Below, in pieces: positions 58,601 through 64,000 of a stretch of 64,000 nucleotides of DNA. The position numbers and the translations under genes are program-made. The notes beneath the pieces were generated by a model that was not told the DNA's origin, made no database searches, and saw only the letters and a program-made list of their open reading frames with translations. Source of the stretch: a virus; IMG/VR virus record IMGVR_UViG_3300042988_001309, positions 1 through 64,000 of that record; one strand, written 5' to 3'. Positions within the stretch are counted from its first letter, which is position 1. Every line of letters starts with the position of its first letter.

Positions 58601-60544
58601 CCCCGGGTGCCTCGCCGCACGCTTCCCCGTCCGGCCCGTGACGGCAAGTGGCACCTCGTCGGCAACGTCGATGTCCGGGCCCTGCCCACCGACCCGGCCG
58701 ACACCTGGCGGGTGTCGTGTGAGCGTTGTGGCGGCACCGGCTACGTCACCAGCGGCAACGCCGCCCACGGCACGATCTGCTACCGCTGTGGCAGTGGGGG
58801 GGACGAGCCCGCCGTGCCCGTCAACACCGCCACCTCGCCGCTGCCCCCCAAGCTGCTCACCTGGGACGGGGTCGAGCTGCTCGACCAGCACCGCGCCCAA
58901 GTCGCCGCCGACGAGCAGGCCCGCAACGAGGCCCGCAAGGCCGAGTTCGTCCGCAAGCTCACCGTGTTCGACAACGCCGTCATGGCCGACCCCGAGTTCG
59001 GGTCTCGCATGGCCCGCCTGCGCTACCTCGACGACATGGCCCAAGGGGCAACGACCGAGCCCCCATCGGCATCACTGGCCATCGTGCGCCACGACGCCGT
59101 GGCCGACGCCGACGTGGGCAACACGTTCGACCTGACCCCGCACCGCGCCGAGCTGGCCCGAGCGTTCGACGCCGCCGAGGCCTACACCGCCCGGGTCTAC
59201 CCCGAGCTGGCCGCCGAGGTCGGCATCGGGCCGGAACGCTCCGGCCGAGCCCCGAGCCCCAAACAGGTGTCGTACCTGCGCAACCTGCTGCGCCGCTCGG
59301 GCATCAACCCCGCCGAGGCCGACACGGTCGACGACTCGACCATCGCATCGGCGCTCATCGACGCGCTCAACGAGGGCGACACCCGCCGGGCCCGCTACCT
59401 CCTCGACGCCTCAGCCCCGCCGTCATCGGAGCTGGGTCCAGTGCTCGACGCCCTGCTCGCCCGCCACCAGTTCGACCCCGACGCCGAGGAGGCTCCGCTC
59501 CCGGGGCTCAACCCTGACCGCGTGGTCGGCGACATCGGCCGCTCGCTTCTCGACCAGGGCTTCGCGCTACCCGACCAGCTCGCCGCCCGGCCAGCGAACG
59601 ATCCGGTGACCTCGATCGGGCTCGACGGCGCACTGTTCTCCGGCATCCGCGACGAGGGCGAGGCGTCCACGTTCGGGGAACTGCTCACCGCCTGGGCGCG
59701 CTTGCGCGAGCAACGAGCCGCCGACGAGGTCTGGCAGGGCACGCGGGACATCCTCGACGAGCAGGACGCCCTGGCCGACGCGGCCCGGCGCACCGGGGCG
59801 CCTTACCCCGAGGCCGAGATCGCCCGCCTCGGGGATCGACTGCGCGCTCGGGAGGCCGAGCTGACTGCCCAGGCCGAGGCCAAGTACCGCATCGGGCCCA
59901 GCCTGGGTTACGCCGTCATGATGCAAGACGCCTGGAGCGAGACCACCGCCGGTGACCGTTCGGCGGCCATGATCACCGCCGCCGCCAACCAGTTCCCGAA
60001 CCCGACGATGACCGAGGGGCTTCAAGCGTTCCGGCAGTTCCAACCCGGCTTGGCCGCATCTGCCGAGACGATCGTCAACGGCCCAGAGGCCCCGGCGATC
60101 GGCGCGTTCATGGCGACCACCTACGCCGCCACCCAACGGTTCCTCGCCGACAACGGCTTCCCCCCGGGCTCGACGGTGACGCTGTATCGAGGGGTCTCGA
60201 CCGGCGCCGACCAGGTGGGTGGGGAGGTGTTGGTCAACCCGCTCTCATCGTTCACCACCGACCGCTCCATCGCCGAACGGTTCTCGCGTGTCGACTGGGG
60301 CCTGGAGGGCCAAGGCGGGGTGATCACCGCCCAGGTGCCGGTCGAGCGGATCTTCTCGATCGCCGGGATCGGCCCCGGCCACCTCGCCAGCCGGGAAGTG
60401 GTGGTGCTCGGGGGACGGCTCCCGGCATCGGCCGATCTGACCTTCCGGCCGACCTACAAGGGCCTGGGCGGGCCGTCATACATCGACGCCGACAGCGACT
60501 GGCTGCGCGTGGCGGCCCGGTTGATCGCCTCCGCCAGCGCCTGA
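55667..60544 (+). CDS. 1625-aa polyprotein with three ADP-ribosyltransferase-like domains
   Basis: LYRG..SWS..QEE (56798-57040); LYRG..SFS..EQE (57998-58285); LYRG..SFT..SRE (60185-60400); CxxCGGTG zinc finger. Confidence 0.8.
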   Translation: MTADQGRILAMAILLEGAIRDAPALPGKGPLASIAEVYNRLLADPSDRYGGPALIEFVLDAARRHGAAVPGGEGKSIEQRFGNRGGKLTPDGLLRLTSTALLPNDRGRAARATLTRFTGRGKLDLPDGDRRQVDHAQASTLFNRERQRNLFGAQAGHLSAVEIGKRFTLPESFKARAIGDLIAQDPSRGTEYGGTGRYQDGFYSGNWSVVLANAQRLDPSLDERSPVGDVLAASQPPAIGFNNPEQDPASIALAARLAASADPDAERRAWATEQGWTAEAGYVAALQGWWINDSSSPWAQAMTLAAAQRLGDPSDMARSLSHLQAKAAEWEPGTLVGQDILDSAEGPALRQAVMAIYDHTQARLADYGLRPDDLIELYRGIGPDNEIRTGDTAIADPLTSWSSNPAVALSFTKVRRGGSVLSGSVPARSILMLITDATGYGGLHYAKWEWHLDSQEEFVTLGGPVNVTVTRTQDPVGLLHGSTPVESVIARGPGFKSARREVYVDGDNWMHVVRSAMPSSGMKARFGNAGTAKLSAARLASLMERAPTSPQARATLTRFGIDWHRPAAPAAPAKNPAVPERLVLGVPGWDQQFTAHPEAIEPVMLALEAEDRLRAYAANVGTVTDRWSGRSEDYRTTIFNNAQSLQAVMKATVNDPDNMPVDVDWTSETVDIAHQTWVDARPFTDWSVHGPEDRSAWLLAAAKRRVSGEDWGVAVTNVARRLADGTAPEDTYDPNDQDANQRAGVTRYDPFLDLQHGWALYNGLRDPAVTTPSPTPLYRGMSFTPDGKAIAVGDRIDIAAASFSLSSDVADSFALDRNFDEESQVATDDESLAATDRMRAEHYPNASRVVYVAAPGTPGFDATSFSVRGEQEWLVGGTFTVTAIDEGDRVRYIHIAPAATKAARRWRMDPTDLPADLDWPVRPSSGMKARFGNAHSAKLTPARLASLLSRAATSPQARATLTRFGVDWRTGAIANPPAPRVPRRTLPRPARDGKWHLVGNVDVRALPTDPADTWRVSCERCGGTGYVTSGNAAHGTICYRCGSGGDEPAVPVNTATSPLPPKLLTWDGVELLDQHRAQVAADEQARNEARKAEFVRKLTVFDNAVMADPEFGSRMARLRYLDDMAQGATTEPPSASLAIVRHDAVADADVGNTFDLTPHRAELARAFDAAEAYTARVYPELAAEVGIGPERSGRAPSPKQVSYLRNLLRRSGINPAEADTVDDSTIASALIDALNEGDTRRARYLLDASAPPSSELGPVLDALLARHQFDPDAEEAPLPGLNPDRVVGDIGRSLLDQGFALPDQLAARPANDPVTSIGLDGALFSGIRDEGEASTFGELLTAWARLREQRAADEVWQGTRDILDEQDALADAARRTGAPYPEAEIARLGDRLRAREAELTAQAEAKYRIGPSLGYAVMMQDAWSETTAGDRSAAMITAAANQFPNPTMTEGLQAFRQFQPGLAASAETIVNGPEAPAIGAFMATTYAATQRFLADNGFPPGSTVTLYRGVSTGADQVGGEVLVNPLSSFTTDRSIAERFSRVDWGLEGQGGVITAQVPVERIFSIAGIGPGHLASREVVVLGGRLPASADLTFRPTYKGLGGPSYIDADSDWLRVAARLIASASA

Positions 60545-60772
60545 CCATCCCCCCTCACCGCCAGCGTGGCCACCACGCTTGGTAGCGTGAAAGGATCAGC
60601 ACACCTGGTAACGATCAGGCAGAGTGGTCGTGGCTCGGTCGTCCGGGCACGCTGCACGCTCCGATCCGCTTCCTCGGGCTCGCCGTCGGGAGCGTCACCT
60701 TTGACGCCCCGGTGCCCGATCCGATTCCGATCCGCCCCAAACAGCTCGCGCTGTTCGACGACGAGGTGAGCG

Positions 60773-63700
60773 ATGACCCTGGAGTTCAAGAGCGCCCAGA
60801 GCCTGACCGCCGTAGACGCAAACCAGGGGATCGCTGAGGCGATCGTCTCGGTCACCAACATCGTCGACCACGTCGGCGACAAGATCATCCCCGGCGCCTA
60901 CGCCGAGACCCTCAAGACCCGTCGCCCCAAGGTCTGCTGGAACCACAAGTGGGACAACACCGTGGGCAAGGTGCTGGAGATCGTCGAGTTGATGCCCGGC
61001 GATCCACGCCTGCCCGACAAGCTCAAGACGATCGGGGCCGGGGCGCTCAAGGTCAAGGTGCAGTTCAACCTCAACTCCACCCGAGGCCGCGATGCCTGGG
61101 AGGACGTGAAGTTCTACGGCGAGGAGGGCGAGTGGTCGATCGGCTACGACGTGAACGGCCCGACGGGCAAGAGCCGCAACGTCGGGGGAGTGCGGGAACT
61201 GCACCAGATCAACCTGTTCGAAGTCAGCCCCGTACCGTTCGGCGCCGCCCCGCTCACCGGAACCCTCGCCCTCAAGAGCCTCGGCGCACCGAGCGCACCT
61301 GAGGCCGTCATGGGCCGGGTCCCGTTCGACAACGCCGTGAAGGCCTACGGCGCCGGTGCCCAGCTCTCCGCCGGTGGACGAGCCCGCCTCACCGCACGGG
61401 CCGCCCTGCCCGGTCGCGAGGGGGCCGCGGCGCGAGCGACGCTCACCCGGTTCCTCGGCGGCGGCAAGCCCGAGGCGCCACGCCCGGCGGCTCAGCCGAC
61501 CCATTTCATGCCCCCGGACGCCCCGACGTTTCGCTTCCCCGAGAGCATCGACAACCTGCTCGCCGCCGGACCAGACGCCCTGTCGAGGGCCGCGTGGGCG
61601 CCCGTGGAATGGGACGAGACCGAGGACCCCTACTCCTACGAGAGCCGGTACATCATCGGCGGGCCCGACTCCGTCGTGACGCTCACCCCGGACCCCGGTC
61701 AGGGGCGGGCCTTCCTGTCAATCCCCGGCAACGACAGCCTGGAGATCAGGACCGTCGGCGATTTCGAGAAGGCCTACACGGCCATCGACCGCGGCTTCGT
61801 CGGCAAGCTGGAACTGCGGGATCTCTCGGCTCGCAACATCGCCGTCCTCATCGAGGACAACATCCGCGAGTCCGTCAATGCCGATGGGCGCCGGTCCGCC
61901 ACGGTCGACGGCGCCCCGGGGTTCGGCCTGGTGTTCACCCCCGACGGCCTGAACGTGGTCACTCCTGACGGGGCCGTGAAGCGGGTCAATGAGGTCGACG
62001 ACCTGCGCTTCGTCCTCGGCAAGCCCCCCTATCCGCACACCAGCCTCACCGGCTCCACCCCCAAGCCGAGGGGGACGACCTACGTGGTCCCGGCGGGGCG
62101 CATCCCCCGGAACCTGGGGGCGATGACGACCTCCGAACAGTACGAGGACATGGATCGCTACAACGCCTTCGTGGCGGCCGGTGGCGAGGGGCGCACCTGG
62201 ATTCCCACCGTCCGCGACTACCCCGACCCTGGAGGTCACGTCATGAACTGGCCGAAATCCGCCGAGCCCGTCATGGACCCGCTCGTCGCCGACTACCTCG
62301 ATCTGACCGGCAAGGCGTGGACCCGGGGCGGGAAGCTGTCCGACGCGGGTCGAGCCAAGCTGGTGGCACGCGCCGCTGTCCCCGGCAAGGAAGGCGCCGC
62401 CGCCCGCGCGACGTTGACCCGCTACCTCGGCGGCGACAAAGAGGCGGCCGGACGGATGATCCAAGCGCACCGTTCCGGCGACAAGCTGCCCGACGCCGCG
62501 GCGACGGCCAAGATGCCGTCGCGTCGCGAACGGCGCCTCATCGAGGCCGCCACCAACGGTGACAAGGAAGCGGTAGCCGCGTTGCGCGACATGGGTCTCG
62601 AAACCGACGGCCTGCCCGGCTACGGCTTCCAGCGCCCCGAGATCGCCGAAGGACTCGCCAGCGTGGAGCGCGCCGGGTTCGCCCCGTTCGTCCGTCAATG
62701 GAGTCGGGCGACCGGCAAACCGCAAACGGCCAGCGAGATTTACGGCATCCCCCGAGAGTTTCGCGACCCGCCCCCTGGCTATTCGACGAGGCAGGAATGG
62801 ACCGATGCTGTCGGCAGGGGTGTCCGCGGCGGCGACGGCACGGCGGCCAAGCCGTTCCTGGTGAGCGGTGATCTCCCCCCGGAAGAACGGCAACGACTGT
62901 TCAACGCCCTCGCCGACTCGTCCGCGGACGGGGTGCGTGGCGTCGCGATCGGGGACCCCGAACTTGGTGTCTCCGACCCGAAACTCACCGAACGTGCCCG
63001 CGCTCGGGCGGGGAATGACCTGCTGTCGTCGGCGTTCACCACCGCGAAACTCGACGAGTTCCACGCCGACTTCGACGGACGCAAAGACCTGTCCGACGCG
63101 ATTCAATCCGGCACCGGCAGTCAACGCGACCCGTACATCACCGACAACCCCGAAGCGGCCGCCATGGCGATCGGCAAAGGCAGGTTCGTCGAGCTGCAAC
63201 AGCCCGACGAACTGGCGACCATGATCGACGTGATCGCCGACTGGGTGAACGAGGCCAAGGCCAAGGGTGAGAAGGCCCCGACCTACGACCTGTGCCGGGC
63301 CATGGTCAAGGGCACCAACCTGTTCTGCATCGAGTCCAAGGGCATCCCCCGCATCAAGATGCCCCAGCTCTCTGGCATCCCGACGCCGGGCTCTCCGGCC
63401 GACTCGTTGCCCAAGCGGCCCAACGGCGAGGTCGACCTCGTCCCGTTGTTCCTCCAGCACCTGGCGTCCAAGGGCATCCGCTCCCAGCGCACCTCGGTGA
63501 AGGCCAGCCACCTGCGCGCCAGCCAGAACGAGCTGAACGGCGGCAAGGTGTCCGGCATGGTCCAGTCCATGGCCGCGGGCAAGCTCCCGCCGGGCTCGAT
63601 CATCTCGACGACCGACAACTACGTGGTCGACGGGCATCACCGCTGGGCGGCCACCATCGGCACCTCGATCAAACAGGGCGACGATCTCATGGTCGACACC

Positions 63701-63931
63701 GACCAGATCGACGCCCCGATCCTCCAGGTGCTCGCCCTGGCCAACCTCTACGCCGTGGAGATGGGCATCCCGCCCGCCGGGGCCGATGCCCCCGTGCCCC
63801 AGGCCAAGCGCTTCCGCCGTCATGGGTCGCTGCGCAAGAGCCGCGACTCCGCTCCGCCGTGCATCGGATGCGGGGACGAGCCCGACCCGATCGCCCAGTA
63901 CGTGGCCCTCAAGGCCAACCGCCCCCACTGA
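60773..63931 (+). CDS. HK97-type prohead protease fused to cargo regions and a C-terminal ParB/Srx-like domain
   Basis: VDHVGDKIIPGAY, WNH, WSIGY, LFEVSPVPFGA; C-terminal LRASQ...YVVDGHHRWAA. Confidence 0.85.
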   Translation: MTLEFKSAQSLTAVDANQGIAEAIVSVTNIVDHVGDKIIPGAYAETLKTRRPKVCWNHKWDNTVGKVLEIVELMPGDPRLPDKLKTIGAGALKVKVQFNLNSTRGRDAWEDVKFYGEEGEWSIGYDVNGPTGKSRNVGGVRELHQINLFEVSPVPFGAAPLTGTLALKSLGAPSAPEAVMGRVPFDNAVKAYGAGAQLSAGGRARLTARAALPGREGAAARATLTRFLGGGKPEAPRPAAQPTHFMPPDAPTFRFPESIDNLLAAGPDALSRAAWAPVEWDETEDPYSYESRYIIGGPDSVVTLTPDPGQGRAFLSIPGNDSLEIRTVGDFEKAYTAIDRGFVGKLELRDLSARNIAVLIEDNIRESVNADGRRSATVDGAPGFGLVFTPDGLNVVTPDGAVKRVNEVDDLRFVLGKPPYPHTSLTGSTPKPRGTTYVVPAGRIPRNLGAMTTSEQYEDMDRYNAFVAAGGEGRTWIPTVRDYPDPGGHVMNWPKSAEPVMDPLVADYLDLTGKAWTRGGKLSDAGRAKLVARAAVPGKEGAAARATLTRYLGGDKEAAGRMIQAHRSGDKLPDAAATAKMPSRRERRLIEAATNGDKEAVAALRDMGLETDGLPGYGFQRPEIAEGLASVERAGFAPFVRQWSRATGKPQTASEIYGIPREFRDPPPGYSTRQEWTDAVGRGVRGGDGTAAKPFLVSGDLPPEERQRLFNALADSSADGVRGVAIGDPELGVSDPKLTERARARAGNDLLSSAFTTAKLDEFHADFDGRKDLSDAIQSGTGSQRDPYITDNPEAAAMAIGKGRFVELQQPDELATMIDVIADWVNEAKAKGEKAPTYDLCRAMVKGTNLFCIESKGIPRIKMPQLSGIPTPGSPADSLPKRPNGEVDLVPLFLQHLASKGIRSQRTSVKASHLRASQNELNGGKVSGMVQSMAAGKLPPGSIISTTDNYVVDGHHRWAATIGTSIKQGDDLMVDTDQIDAPILQVLALANLYAVEMGIPPAGADAPVPQAKRFRRHGSLRKSRDSAPPCIGCGDEPDPIAQYVALKANRPH

Positions 63932-63944
63932 GGAGGAACAGACC

Positions 63945-64000
63945 ATGATCATCGAACCCATCGACGCTGCCACGGGTAGCTACGAGGACACCCTGGCATC
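63945..64000 (+). CDS. Partial gene, truncated by the window end
   Basis: GAGGAGG RBS then ATG; frame open to the end. Confidence 0.5.
   Translation, partial: MIIEPIDAATGSYEDTLA

Noticed and set aside
60545-60772. Small gene or structured RNA upstream of the protease
   Set aside because: One frame reads protein-like (ending QLALFDDEV) but has no suitable upstream start codon. The short pairings are expected at this GC content.

Overview
The whole window reads as part of a very GC-rich temperate tailed phage of an actinobacterial host (WhiB, DUF2786/TIGR04338 pair, leaderless promoters). The host may be Acidimicrobiia; that is inference only. Almost all genes are on the + strand. Order: (1) 1-7.3 kb, virion fibre/tail accessory genes, including a Thr/Ala/Pro repeat protein. 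(2) 7.3-12.4 kb, Rad52/Sak-like annealase, secreted lytic transglycosylase, two XRE regulators, tyrosine integrase, an intact attP-like region and excisionase; phage genes on both sides suggest the excised form. (3) 12.5-30.6 kb, Gam-like protein, replication initiator with iterons, helicase loader, SNF2 ATPase and many small accessory genes. (4) 30.7-64 kb, a hugely expanded head module (TerS, TerL, portal, MuF, prohead protease) interrupted by two small-gene cassettes and an initiator-like tRNA-Met. The most striking system: four giant head-module polyproteins (1852, 2180, 1625, 1052 aa) contain eight copies of a ~40-aa leader (K-A/S...RFGN...L...AARATLTRF). Each leader follows a Lys-small-residue site and precedes a cargo region; identifiable cargo includes five ADP-ribosyltransferase-like domains, a zincin and a ParB/Srx domain. 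This suggests protease-processed, capsid-packaged effector arrays with a shared targeting tag. Also notable: a genome-wide 18-bp operator GGTCAA-N6-TTGACC, a strongly strand-biased heptamer CCGTCAT, and an att core resembling the 3' end of RNase P RNA flanked by two DnaA boxes. All family assignments come from motif recognition by eye, not database searches.
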